From a virus: 64,000 bases of DNA. The number at the start of each line of letters is the position of its first letter. Position 1 is the stretch's first letter. Positions 47,187 through 56,674 of the stretch are shown one piece after another. The notes under the pieces were generated by a model. That model worked only from the letters and a program-made list of their open reading frames with translations, searched no databases and was not told where the DNA came from. Both the position numbers and the translations under genes were made by a program. The stretch spans positions 64,001 through 128,000 of the IMG/VR virus record IMGVR_UViG_3300028840_003924, one strand, 5' to 3'.

Positions 47187-50100
47187 ATGGACGCCACACA
47201 ATTCATCGCCATCGCCATCATTGCGCTCCTCGTATGGCTCCTCTACAAGAAGAGGAAGGCGAAACGGCTCGTTGCGAAAACGGACATCCCCTACCCAACC
47301 TCACCACCAGACCCCGAACTCGACCACTTGGTGGAGGAGTTCGATAAGTCATTCGAGAAGGGCATGGAATCCTGCTGTCAAATCGAAGGAATGCTCAAGG
47401 CAGCGAAAAAGAGTGGCACACCATTCGTCAAAACAGAACCGACCGTCGACGAGTCGCACATCGGAAAGATGATCGAAGTGCGTGGGACCATGAACCCACA
47501 CGACAACCAAGCAAAATGGAGATTGCGAAAGCTGTTCGAGATTGTCCCCGAGAAGGATGCCCCTTACGGGTGCGAAAACATATGTGCTTCGGGTGAAACC
47601 ATTTACTGGTGCGAAGCTCGACCCATCCAAGAAAAGAAACCCGAACCACCCCCAACGGTCGGCATAGCCAAGGATGACGAGTTCCCCATCGGCAGCCGAG
47701 TCATTGTCGATGAGCCTATCGCCGACTATCGCCGCCGTGGTAAGGTCACCGGAACAAGGGAGGGTGAACGTGCTGTTCGACTTGATGATAACGACTCCGA
47801 CCATTCCAAATTCTACCCGGTCAGTCGGCTAGAACTCGAAATGCTCCCCGAGGGAACGCCCGTCAAGATCGACAAAGGGAACAAAGAAGACGGCCCCAAA
47901 GAATCATTTTGGGCCAGCTTCGATGGGCTCACCGGGAAGGTTCGTCAAAGCAGAGAACTCGGATGTCACATCGATATGGATGGGCCTAACCCGCCACATC
48001 CCGGTGCCTATCTTAGTAGAAAACATCTTAGGGTTATCAGCAAGCCGCTGAAGTTTCCGGAAGTGTCCGTTGAAGAGTGCCTCATGGGTCATACGAGTGA
48101 TCCAGCATATCGGAAAATCAAAGTTGCGACCGAAGTCGACAGGTCCTTCATCGGCAAGATGATCGAAGTGCGAGGTATCGGAGAGAACGAAGTACGAGAA
48201 TGGCTCCAACGTAAACTGAAGCGGATTGAGGACCGAGAGCAGAACCGCTATGTTTGCGAGAACGCAGTCAATCCGAAGATCGATTCCCTATGGCACGAAG
48301 CCCGACCTCTTACGTGCGACAATGAGCCGATACTCTTAACCCACAAGGGAGACCGGGGTGAAGTGCGAGAGTGGCGTCTCCCAGGTGGTGCTTACCATCG
48401 GACAGATGGACCGGCGTTGATCCGCACCTACGACAAAGAGCAGACGTTCCAACTGGCAAGTAGAACTCCACGCAAAGATATCCGCTACGTCCGAGAAGAA
48501 GTGTGGTTCGACAATGGAAAGATGCACCGCAAAAACGCTCCTGCTCAAATTTTCTATGATGGCGATAAACGCATCGTTTACGCAGCATGGTGGGAAGGTG
48601 GAGAACAAACCCACGACAGCCTGTGTCGTAGCGACCGTGTGCGGGTTCAACAGGCCCACCGTGCCCAAAGAGAGGGAACGGTGAAGGGCATCTATGAGGA
48701 CAATTCGATCTTGGTCGAATGTACTGATGGTTCCACCGCAGGCGAATATCGACCAATCTATTCTCTCATCAACGGAAAGATCGACAATCCGTCCTACGGC
48801 TCCGTGGACGAATCGTTCATCGGTAAATGGATTGATGTCCGTGATACAAGGTCTTACGAAGGCACATGGCAACGGAGGAAACTTTTAGCTATCGACTCCG
48901 ATAGGTCCGAACACTATTATTGCCTGCATCCAAAGGGAGGCACCCTTACCACCAACTGGCCTGAAGCCCGACCGGCAAGTGAAAACAAGCCGACCGAAAA
49001 GTGTCCGCACTGTGAAACTCTCAAACGCCAAGCCGATTGTAAGCTTTGCTTCGGCGCAGCTTACTTGCCAGCAGGGCCAGGGCCTGTGCGGGAAGAGGTC
49101 AAAGAGGTTGAAGAAGTTGACGAATCCTACGTCGGCAAGATGATCGAGGTGCGGGCACTTGCAAGTAAAAACTGGGTCACGGTGGCCGACATCGGCAGGA
49201 TGATTGAAGTTCGGGATTACCCAGATCGCCCATGGCAGACAAGACAACTCGTCGACATTCGACCAGCATCCGCCTACCGTTACCAATGTAAAGATGACAA
49301 GATCGACGACGGTAAGAGGAGTTGGAGGTATGCCCGTCGAATCAAAGAGAAGGCACCACCAGGATGCTTAGGACCCAATACGTACCAGTACTACATCAAC
49401 AAGGAAGTAGAGGCTTCCGACGACGGGCAAGAATGGAAAGTGGTAGTGCTGACGCATTACCGAGAAGATTCCGACTACCCTTTCATAGCATGTAGAGATC
49501 ACACCAAATGGAGGTTCGCCCGACCAGAATGCCAGACCAAATGCCCCCAATGTGGAATTGCTATGTGCCACAGACCGGGCCATGAATGCGCCACTTGCCC
49601 CCAAATGGATCACTGTGCCAATCACGCCGAGGGTTGCACGTCGTGGGAAGTGGTCACCGAAGAACAAATCGGTAAGATGATCGAAGTGCGAGATCATCAC
49701 ACCCACGACTGGAATGAAAGGGAGTTGGTCGAAATCAACAAGGGCCAGTTCAGAGCTTACCTTTGTAAGAAGTTTGGCAACCCTCTCAGCACAGCCGAGT
49801 GGAAGTTCGCACGACTAATCAAAAAAGAGCCACCGAAGGGCCTGATTGGCAAACAACATATCGGCAAGATGATCGAGGTGCGTCAAGGTGATGGCGACGT
49901 ATGGGAACGCCGGAAGTTGCTCCGGTTCACTGATAAGGATGAATACGGACAAGGCGGCGTGCGACCCTACGTTTGCCAAGTTCCCGCCCAGAAGGTAGTG
50001 TCCCGATCAGAGCACTGTTGGATACAAGCCCGACCAATCGCAACCGGAACACCCTGTAGCCAAGCAGAGCCACCGGCCAAAAAGAAGCCCGAACACGTCT

Positions 50101-51251
50101 GTGGTTTACAAGGCTTCGGCCACAGCCTGAACGATGTGTGCCCAGCATGTGAAGCTCAGGCAAAGGAGTGGGAAGAGAAGAAAGAGAAGAGTACACCACC
50201 ACCGAAGCAGGAGGAGGCGGGCCAACCCATGGTTGGTGACAGTCCGCTGTTCTTGCTTGCCAGAGACCCAACCAACTTGAAGAAGACGAAGTGCGAATTT
50301 GGCGATTTGAATTGCTACGTCGAAGACGACTGCTTCCACAGGATGACCAGCTACCACCTTCCCGATGGCCGTTGCCATCGGGAAGATGGTGCGCCTGCAT
50401 ACAAGGCGTTTTACAGGGTCGGCTACGAGAAGGTTTCGACCCCACAAGGCGAACAACAATTCACTCTGGTTGTCCGATGGTACAAAGACGGCGTACCTCA
50501 TCGGGAAGACGGGCCAGCCGCCATCTGGTATCTCCACGGCAAAGAGGTACACAGAGAATACTATCTGGAAAACTGTTGTCTGGAAAGGTTCACTTGGGAG
50601 GTGCGTCGATCACTAGGCCACAGAAGTGTGGCATGCCATACAAATGATCGCTCGGAATGGCGGTTAGGAACTGCCGATGGACTGCTTCATCGCATTGAAG
50701 GGCCTGCTGTTGAATGGACTAACGGGCTGCACGAGTGGTGGCTCTTTGGAGTCCATGTGGCCGTAAAAGATCACAAAGAGTGGGTGAAGCTCCTCGAATG
50801 CGAAGGGTCGCAGAAGATTAAAGAGAATCTCCCCGTTTACGTTAAACAAAACCCGGAGATCGACCAAAGGATACCAAGGGAACGGAAGGAAGTGGTGGAC
50901 GAGTCAGTTGCCCACGGTTTCACGCCCGAAGAGATGAGACCTTACGTCGGCAAAGAAGTCGAAGTAAGAGAAGTCAGGAACAATAGGTGGTATCCTCGCA
51001 CACTAGTCAAGATCGAGGGTGACAAGCCTCCATTCGTCACCCCCGGAAACGCTCGTTGGTCATTCGCCCGACCGATCAAAGTGGTGGACGAATCCTTCAT
51101 CGGAAGGAGAATCGAAGTGAGAAACGATCCCGATGGTACGTGGTGGCTACGGGAACTTGTTTCAATCAACGCCAATGGGGAGTTTCTTTGCAAGGTGGAT
51201 CAGGGTACTTACCCATGGAAGTTCGCTCGGCCCATCCAAGAGACATCCTAA
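47187..51251 (+). CDS. Large membrane-anchored modular protein: ~10 W/ARP modules, HRxDGPA repeats, Zn fingers (1354 aa)
   Basis: N-terminal TM; IGKMIEVR...W..R.L...Y.C...W..ARP repeats; five HRxxxPA units. Confidence 0.9.
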   Translation: MDATQFIAIAIIALLVWLLYKKRKAKRLVAKTDIPYPTSPPDPELDHLVEEFDKSFEKGMESCCQIEGMLKAAKKSGTPFVKTEPTVDESHIGKMIEVRGTMNPHDNQAKWRLRKLFEIVPEKDAPYGCENICASGETIYWCEARPIQEKKPEPPPTVGIAKDDEFPIGSRVIVDEPIADYRRRGKVTGTREGERAVRLDDNDSDHSKFYPVSRLELEMLPEGTPVKIDKGNKEDGPKESFWASFDGLTGKVRQSRELGCHIDMDGPNPPHPGAYLSRKHLRVISKPLKFPEVSVEECLMGHTSDPAYRKIKVATEVDRSFIGKMIEVRGIGENEVREWLQRKLKRIEDREQNRYVCENAVNPKIDSLWHEARPLTCDNEPILLTHKGDRGEVREWRLPGGAYHRTDGPALIRTYDKEQTFQLASRTPRKDIRYVREEVWFDNGKMHRKNAPAQIFYDGDKRIVYAAWWEGGEQTHDSLCRSDRVRVQQAHRAQREGTVKGIYEDNSILVECTDGSTAGEYRPIYSLINGKIDNPSYGSVDESFIGKWIDVRDTRSYEGTWQRRKLLAIDSDRSEHYYCLHPKGGTLTTNWPEARPASENKPTEKCPHCETLKRQADCKLCFGAAYLPAGPGPVREEVKEVEEVDESYVGKMIEVRALASKNWVTVADIGRMIEVRDYPDRPWQTRQLVDIRPASAYRYQCKDDKIDDGKRSWRYARRIKEKAPPGCLGPNTYQYYINKEVEASDDGQEWKVVVLTHYREDSDYPFIACRDHTKWRFARPECQTKCPQCGIAMCHRPGHECATCPQMDHCANHAEGCTSWEVVTEEQIGKMIEVRDHHTHDWNERELVEINKGQFRAYLCKKFGNPLSTAEWKFARLIKKEPPKGLIGKQHIGKMIEVRQGDGDVWERRKLLRFTDKDEYGQGGVRPYVCQVPAQKVVSRSEHCWIQARPIATGTPCSQAEPPAKKKPEHVCGLQGFGHSLNDVCPACEAQAKEWEEKKEKSTPPPKQEEAGQPMVGDSPLFLLARDPTNLKKTKCEFGDLNCYVEDDCFHRMTSYHLPDGRCHREDGAPAYKAFYRVGYEKVSTPQGEQQFTLVVRWYKDGVPHREDGPAAIWYLHGKEVHREYYLENCCLERFTWEVRRSLGHRSVACHTNDRSEWRLGTADGLLHRIEGPAVEWTNGLHEWWLFGVHVAVKDHKEWVKLLECEGSQKIKENLPVYVKQNPEIDQRIPRERKEVVDESVAHGFTPEEMRPYVGKEVEVREVRNNRWYPRTLVKIEGDKPPFVTPGNARWSFARPIKVVDESFIGRRIEVRNDPDGTWWLRELVSINANGEFLCKVDQGTYPWKFARPIQETS

Positions 51252-51253
51252 CC

Positions 51254-51478
51254 ATGAAGAAACCAAAGAAGATTGGCATCTACCTCTGCACTTATCCTGA
51301 TGGCAAGCAGACATTGGAGGTCATCAATTACGATCCGGGGTTCCCCAGGCGTGACAAGGAATTGCGAGTTGTGACCCCAGAGGAAGAAGGCGACGGCGAA
51401 CCGCTCCACCACCCGTGTTTTAACGGGTGTAAATGGGAGGGCCCTTTGACGCCAAAAGACGTGAAAAAGTCATCTTGA
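51254..51478 (+). CDS. Hypothetical protein
   Basis: MKKPKKIGIY...WEGPL; starts 2 nt after the upstream stop. Confidence 0.6.
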   Translation: MKKPKKIGIYLCTYPDGKQTLEVINYDPGFPRRDKELRVVTPEEEGDGEPLHHPCFNGCKWEGPLTPKDVKKSS

Positions 51479-51502
51479 CCCGAAATCGAGAAAGGAAGTA
51501 CA

Positions 51503-51850
51503 ATGCCCAAGTATAAGGTGATCCTAGAGGGGTGCGATAGCCGTATTTTCGAGGTAGCCGACGACTACGAGCCCAAAGGGGAGACCATCGTCGACACCTG
51601 GGAGGAAGCGAAGGAAAAGGTTTGTAACTACCTCCTTGAGGAAGCTGGTAGGAACATTCAGGCCCTTCGCCACTTCAACGACTGCAAGACCTTCGAGGAT
51701 CACAACGGTGCCCCAGCCGCCACTGTTTGGCCTCCACCACAAATGCATTTCGACACGATTGGCCAAGTCATGGAATGGCTTTACCCCAAAGACCCAGCCG
51801 AACCCGAAAATGAAAAGGAAGTCGACGGTGACGAGGAAAACAAAGGCTAG
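51503..51850 (+). CDS. Hypothetical protein (paralog at 60036)
   Basis: KYKVILEG...EVADDYEPK..IVDTWEE. Confidence 0.7.
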   Translation: MPKYKVILEGCDSRIFEVADDYEPKGETIVDTWEEAKEKVCNYLLEEAGRNIQALRHFNDCKTFEDHNGAPAATVWPPPQMHFDTIGQVMEWLYPKDPAEPENEKEVDGDEENKG

Positions 51851-52073
51851 TACTCGGCGATATCTTTGCGCCGGTCTGATCTGTTCTGCGATCTTGATGG
51901 TGACAGGTCTGGTCATCGGCCTGCTGGATGCCTGTATCTTTGAATGGGACGAGAGGTTGATGGGCGTCATCACCCTTTTCTATGTCGTCTCTTTCGTCTT
52001 TGTCACGTTCTTCTTTTGGCGCATTTGCCATTACGATTTCCAACGGTGGTTAGAAGAAAGGAAGATACAGTGA
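51828..52073 (+). CDS. Two-TM membrane protein
   Basis: Two hydrophobic segments; start uncertain. Confidence 0.6.
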   Translation: MTRKTKASTRRYLCAGLICSAILMVTGLVIGLLDACIFEWDERLMGVITLFYVVSFVFVTFFFWRICHYDFQRWLEERKIQ

Positions 52074-52918
52074 GTAAGAAGGTCACCAGAAAACACATCG
52101 GCAAAGTCGTTATGGTTCGGAACCATTCCGACAAGTGGAAGGAACGTAAGTTAATCGATCTTGATGGTGGTTCTGGATATCGTTATCGCTGTCAGGGTGG
52201 TGACGGCTGCGGGATATACTACTGGAAGTACGCCAAGCCGTTGAAGAAGAAAAAGAAGAAGTGCCCCATCACCGAAGAACACGTCGGTCAGTATATCCTT
52301 GTGCGGGACTACAAATGGGAGAGTTGGAAAGGCCGACAGTTGGTGCGCATTGCGAAAGGTGCCAAATCGCCCTTTGTTTGCAAGCGCCCAGGTAGTGAGA
52401 GCACAGAAACTTGGAAGCACGCCAAACTCGAAAAGAATCGTTCCGAGGTCACTCCGAGTCACATTGGTTCAACAGTTTACGTCTCTGACACTGGTGGTAG
52501 TGCTTGGTGTCGCCGGACACTGAGCGGGGTCAGGCCCGAGTCATCATACCCATACAGAACAGGCCGTAGCGGTTGCTGGCAACACGCCCGATTGGATCGG
52601 CCTGATGGTCCGCCCCCGACAAGAAAAGAGGCGAAAAAGGCTGTGGTGGAGAAAACTGAGGTAGAGCAAAACCAACCAACATCAGGAGGTGGGGTAGTTG
52701 CTCTTATTGTCCTTGCCGTCATCATAGTTGGCCTTGTCGCCGCTCTCTTTGGGTTTCTTGGTGGGACTGCGCTGTCCGTTCAAGAAGTCAAAGACTGGAA
52801 AAATTCATCCGCATATTGGGAGAACCAAGCCGACCTGCTCAACCAGCAGTTGGACTACCACACAAAGAAGAACAAACAAATCCCGTTACCAGAAATTCCT
52901 CAAGGAGAATCGCCATGA
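52070..52918 (+). CDS. Protein with 3 W/ARP modules and a C-proximal TM helix
   Basis: GTG start with AAGGA RBS; HIGKVVMVR, HVGQYILVRD, HIGSTVYVSD units; TM VVALIVLAVIIVGLVAALFG. Confidence 0.8.
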   Translation: MSKKVTRKHIGKVVMVRNHSDKWKERKLIDLDGGSGYRYRCQGGDGCGIYYWKYAKPLKKKKKKCPITEEHVGQYILVRDYKWESWKGRQLVRIAKGAKSPFVCKRPGSESTETWKHAKLEKNRSEVTPSHIGSTVYVSDTGGSAWCRRTLSGVRPESSYPYRTGRSGCWQHARLDRPDGPPPTRKEAKKAVVEKTEVEQNQPTSGGGVVALIVLAVIIVGLVAALFGFLGGTALSVQEVKDWKNSSAYWENQADLLNQQLDYHTKKNKQIPLPEIPQGESP

Positions 52919-53475
52919 AGAAGTTACTCGTCGCCGGTGGCGCTGTTGTTGTCCTACTCATCTTTATCTTTTGCGTCTGCATCGGTACGGTGAACAGGGA
53001 GGTCACCCTTCGCACGGGCTTTGAAGCCTCCGAAAAGAACGTGACCATCTCCTTCGACAAGATGTGGAAGACGTTGGCCAACCAAGCCGAGATCAACGAG
53101 AAGTACAAGGACGACTTCAAGGACGTTGCGCCGGAACTTGTGGAAGCCCGCTACAAAGGCGGGACCGGCAAGCTCATGGCGTGGATTCAGGAACACAATC
53201 CCGAGTTCACCCCGGCCATGTACACGAAGCTGATGGACTCGGTCGCCCAAGAGCGAACCGTCTTCAACCGTGAGCAACAGAAGATGATCGACTACCACCG
53301 GGAGCACACTCAGTTCGTGCGCAAACCGGTCCAGAAGATGATCCTGGGAATGTTCGGTGATTCCTCCGAACTGACCATCTCGCTTATCACTTCCTCGAAA
53401 ACAGAGGACGTTGTCGCTACCGGCAAGGACGACGACGTGAATCTCTTTGACAAGAAGAAGCCGGAAAAGGAATGA
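52915..53475 (+). CDS. LemA-like membrane protein
   Basis: N-terminal TM then NREVTLR..FDKMWK..WIQEHNP..R..FNREQ helical bundle; AAGGAG RBS. Confidence 0.6.
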   Translation: MKKLLVAGGAVVVLLIFIFCVCIGTVNREVTLRTGFEASEKNVTISFDKMWKTLANQAEINEKYKDDFKDVAPELVEARYKGGTGKLMAWIQEHNPEFTPAMYTKLMDSVAQERTVFNREQQKMIDYHREHTQFVRKPVQKMILGMFGDSSELTISLITSSKTEDVVATGKDDDVNLFDKKKPEKE

Positions 53476-53479
53476 GACG

Positions 53480-53821
53480 ATGCAAGCAATTCAACACGGA
53501 CGGTCTTGGGAAGCGCCGAGACGGGAAAACCTCATAAGGGTGGCAGACAAACTTTGTGCTGCCTCCTATGGGCTTCTTCACGGGACCGAGAAGGCTCGTT
53601 ATAGGTGCCTGAGTAACACCATCAACGAGTTTGAAGCGGTAGCGGGTGAGCAACCCCAAGTTCAAATGCGATCCTGGGAGACGCCGAACACCTTACAGAG
53701 GTTGGCTTACGGACTTCTCCATGCCGCTTGGACAATCATTCGTGGCCGACCAAACAACCGGTTCGCCGAACTGGAAGTCGCTATCCAGAAATACAGGAAG
53801 TTCCGAGAAGAAAACGAATGA
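53480..53821 (+). CDS. Hypothetical protein with internal duplication
   Basis: RSWE.P...YGLLH occurs twice. Confidence 0.6.
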   Translation: MQAIQHGRSWEAPRRENLIRVADKLCAASYGLLHGTEKARYRCLSNTINEFEAVAGEQPQVQMRSWETPNTLQRLAYGLLHAAWTIIRGRPNNRFAELEVAIQKYRKFREENE

Positions 53822-54987
53822 TCGTTTGGTTTTTACTCCTGATCCCCATTGTCACCGCCGCCGTCCTTTGGATCGGCTGGGCGCAAAAGGTGACATGGTG
53901 GGAACTGGCGGCACAATTAGGAGTTAGCTTCTTCATCGTTCTGATCGCCAAACTCTGTGTAGGGACCTTCCGCACGTCCGATCTCGAATACTGGACAGAG
54001 GTCGTCAATCAAGCCGAGTACCACGAGGCATGGACTGAACGATACACCACCACCGAAACCTATACGGATGGTAACGGCGACCTACAAACAAGAGTCGTCA
54101 CCCGCACCCGTCGACACCCGCCGTTCTGGCGACTGATCCTCTGTGACGGACGCAAGGTTAGCGTCAGTGAAAAGAAGTACAAACTGGTCGTTAGGCGGTT
54201 CGGCAACGAAAAGGAGGTAGACCTCAGCCATTGGGGACAATGCTCCTGGGGCGATGGTGACATGTACGTCACGAAATACAATGGCCCAAGAGAAAAGATG
54301 CTGACCGCCACCACAACACATCGATATACTAACAAGGTCCAGGTGTCAAAGAGTATCTTCAACTTCCCCGAATTAACCAAAGAGGATGTGGAGTTCTACC
54401 AACTCTTTGAATATCCCGGCGTTGGCGATCCCACAACGACACCCTGCATCCTGGGTACCTACTCAAAGAAGGCGGCGGCAGAGGAAGAGTTGCGACGATG
54501 TAACGCTGAACTTGGCAGGGCTAAACAGGTCCGCATGTGGATACTCATCTTCAAAAACCAACCGCTTGACGCTGGGGTCATGCAGGAAAGCTACTGGTGT
54601 GGTGGCAATAAGAATGAACTCGTTCTCTGCGTCGGCCTCGACGACGCAGAGAGCGTCCAGTGGGCTTACTGCTTTTCGTGGACCGAAGTCGAAAGTCTCA
54701 AGACCAGCGTGCGCAACTTCGTGCAAAGTCAAACCAAATTTGATGCCTACAAAACAAGCAAGCATATGGCAAAGGAAGCCAGCAGCCAATGGGTTCGGAA
54801 AGAGTTCGCCGACTTCAACTACCTGACCATCGAACCATCTGTGTGGGGTATGTGGATTGCTGGCGTCTTGATCTTCCTACTGAATGTCGGCATGGGCATC
54901 TGGATCGTACTTAATGAACACGAAGTATTGGAAGAGGGGGCCACCCCTTCTCGCCATCGCTATCGATCCTTCCGTCACTACCGATGA
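53818..54987 (+). CDS. Membrane protein with TPM-like soluble domain
   Basis: Two N-terminal TMs and one C-terminal TM; QESYWCGGNKNELVLCVG...FSWT. Confidence 0.65.
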   Translation: MIVWFLLLIPIVTAAVLWIGWAQKVTWWELAAQLGVSFFIVLIAKLCVGTFRTSDLEYWTEVVNQAEYHEAWTERYTTTETYTDGNGDLQTRVVTRTRRHPPFWRLILCDGRKVSVSEKKYKLVVRRFGNEKEVDLSHWGQCSWGDGDMYVTKYNGPREKMLTATTTHRYTNKVQVSKSIFNFPELTKEDVEFYQLFEYPGVGDPTTTPCILGTYSKKAAAEEELRRCNAELGRAKQVRMWILIFKNQPLDAGVMQESYWCGGNKNELVLCVGLDDAESVQWAYCFSWTEVESLKTSVRNFVQSQTKFDAYKTSKHMAKEASSQWVRKEFADFNYLTIEPSVWGMWIAGVLIFLLNVGMGIWIVLNEHEVLEEGATPSRHRYRSFRHYR

Positions 54988-54996
54988 GGATTTACC

Positions 54997-55254
54997 ATGT
55001 ACAAGGTGATCGAGTTCATGTTCGGGGGCGGCTCGTCAGCCCACTACGAATACTACATCCTTAACACTGAGGCTGATGGTGGCGAAACGATGTCTGATCT
55101 CAACGATAAATGGAAGCGGAGAAAAAGATCGTTTGATGGACGTTGGGTCATAATGCCCAACGGTAAACCCTACACATTCGCCCACAAACCAGATGCCGAT
55201 GCATTCGCCGCAGCACTTAACTTCGGGGCAACACAACTGGAGAATAAACCATGA
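54997..55254 (+). CDS. Hypothetical protein
   Basis: GAGG RBS; 85 aa. Confidence 0.6.
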   Translation: MYKVIEFMFGGGSSAHYEYYILNTEADGGETMSDLNDKWKRRKRSFDGRWVIMPNGKPYTFAHKPDADAFAAALNFGATQLENKP

Positions 55255-55469
55255 AGCAATCACTGATCGACAGTCTAGTTGGCCTTTCCTTTGATGACGC
55301 CACCGAGAAAATCAAGGAGAGCGGTTTCGACCTGATGGTTGTTGACGTGGGGGCGGTAATTACCGAAATTGCCCGTCCTAACATCATCATTGTGGGCGTA
55401 GAAAACCAAATGGTCAAAGAGGCTCGTGCCGGTGACCCTACACAACTGGAAACCGAACCGGAGCAATGA
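55251..55469 (+). CDS. Possible proteinase-inhibitor I78/I13-fold protein
   Basis: LVGLS..DA...VVDVGAVIT..RPN.I.V.V....V...RAG. Confidence 0.5.
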   Translation: MKQSLIDSLVGLSFDDATEKIKESGFDLMVVDVGAVITEIARPNIIIVGVENQMVKEARAGDPTQLETEPEQ

Positions 55470-55708
55470 AGATCGAACTCGTAGCCCTACTCTTCATAGC
55501 CCTGATACTGAAAGGAGCCTTCCAAACCGGAGTCGGATGTAGTAGAGGCTACAAACCTCCAGACCAAGAAACGCTTCGTATCCACCAGGAAATGATACGA
55601 GCCCGAATGAACCGACAAAATCAACCTGTGATTATTCACAGATCGAATATGAGGAGAGCGAAAACGTTTCACTACCCACCACCACGTTTACGGACAAGCG
55701 TACCATGA
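55466..55708 (+). CDS. Small membrane or secreted protein
   Basis: N-terminal hydrophobic helix; ATGA coupling. Confidence 0.55.
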   Translation: MKIELVALLFIALILKGAFQTGVGCSRGYKPPDQETLRIHQEMIRARMNRQNQPVIIHRSNMRRAKTFHYPPPRLRTSVP

Positions 55709-55902
55709 CAGCAGAAGGTCAAGCGGCAGCAATTCAATGGTATGAAGAAACCATTGACGAACTGCAAGCAACGTTGCTTCGGGCAACCCGAGAAGATGTC
55801 AGACAGTATATCACCCAACGGATCACGAAACTTAGAGCACATGTAAAGAAGCTGAAGGCCGTAGAGCCCTCCGAGCCTCGTGTGCTCGTTTTACAGACGT
55901 AG
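55705..55902 (+). CDS. Hypothetical helical protein
   Basis: ATGA coupling; 65 aa. Confidence 0.55.
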   Translation: MTAEGQAAAIQWYEETIDELQATLLRATREDVRQYITQRITKLRAHVKKLKAVEPSEPRVLVLQT

Positions 55903-55910
55903 GAAATCAA

Positions 55911-56267
55911 ATGCCATTCCAACTCGTAACACTCGACGTTCCCGGTGGCGAAGTCAAACGGGACAACGAGGTGTACGTCGTAGTAGACAACACCTTCCTC
56001 CAGAACCTCACCGTGAGCCAAACAACATTGCATCCCGGCCAATCCACCCAAGGCCACTCGCACGACGGCCTTGATGAAGTATACATCTTCATCAGCGGTC
56101 AAGGGCGAATGGAACTTGATGATGCACTGCTAGAGGTGAAGGCGGGAGATATGGTCCTAATCCCTGGTGGAACCTTCCATCGTGTTCACCAAGGCATGGA
56201 CATCCCCAGCAAAGACCTGATCTTCACCTGTATCTTCCAACAGTACGAAAGAGAAGAAGATAAATGA
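55911..56267 (+). CDS. Cupin-domain protein
   Basis: GHSH...EVYIFISGQG...GDMVLIPGGTFHRV. Confidence 0.9.
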   Translation: MPFQLVTLDVPGGEVKRDNEVYVVVDNTFLQNLTVSQTTLHPGQSTQGHSHDGLDEVYIFISGQGRMELDDALLEVKAGDMVLIPGGTFHRVHQGMDIPSKDLIFTCIFQQYEREEDK

Positions 56268-56662
56268 GCCAAACCACCACCACCGATTACCCGGATGACA
56301 TCCGGGTAATCGGTGATAAGATCGCTGGCCTTACATGCGCCGAGGCGCAAGAACTCAACGAGTACTTGAAGTACACCTACGGGATCGAACCACCGGCAAA
56401 GCCGACGCAATACCTCCCTGAAAAAGAAGAGGAGGTGGAACCCGACAAGCCCGACAGCTTCAAGGTTGTTCTCCAAAGCTACGGAGACAACAAGGTCAGC
56501 GTCATCAAGGTGATCCGTCAGATCACCGGCTTGGCGCTGAAAGCTGCCAGGGACTTCGTGAATGAGGTTCCCCAAGTAGTCAAGGAAGACTTGTCGAAAC
56601 CAGACGCCGAAGCCCTCAAAGAACAACTGGAGGTAGCTGGGGGTGTCGTTACATTAGAATAA
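56264..56662 (+). CDS. rplL: 50S ribosomal protein L7/L12 (phage-encoded)
   Basis: FKVVLQSYGDNKVSVIKVIRQITGLALKAARDFV...KEDLSKPDAEALKEQLEVAGG; N-domain KIAGLT..EA.EL..L...YGI. Confidence 0.92.
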   Translation: MSQTTTTDYPDDIRVIGDKIAGLTCAEAQELNEYLKYTYGIEPPAKPTQYLPEKEEEVEPDKPDSFKVVLQSYGDNKVSVIKVIRQITGLALKAARDFVNEVPQVVKEDLSKPDAEALKEQLEVAGGVVTLE

Positions 56663-56674
56663 AGGAAACAAACC

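Noticed and set aside
47187-51251. Diversity-generating retroelement as the source of module variation
   Set aside because: No reverse transcriptase in the window and no TR/VR pair differing only at adenines
51476-51505. TTGACC-N18-TACAAT promoter-like match
   Set aside because: The -10 overlaps the start codon of the 51503 gene, so it cannot serve that gene; may be chance
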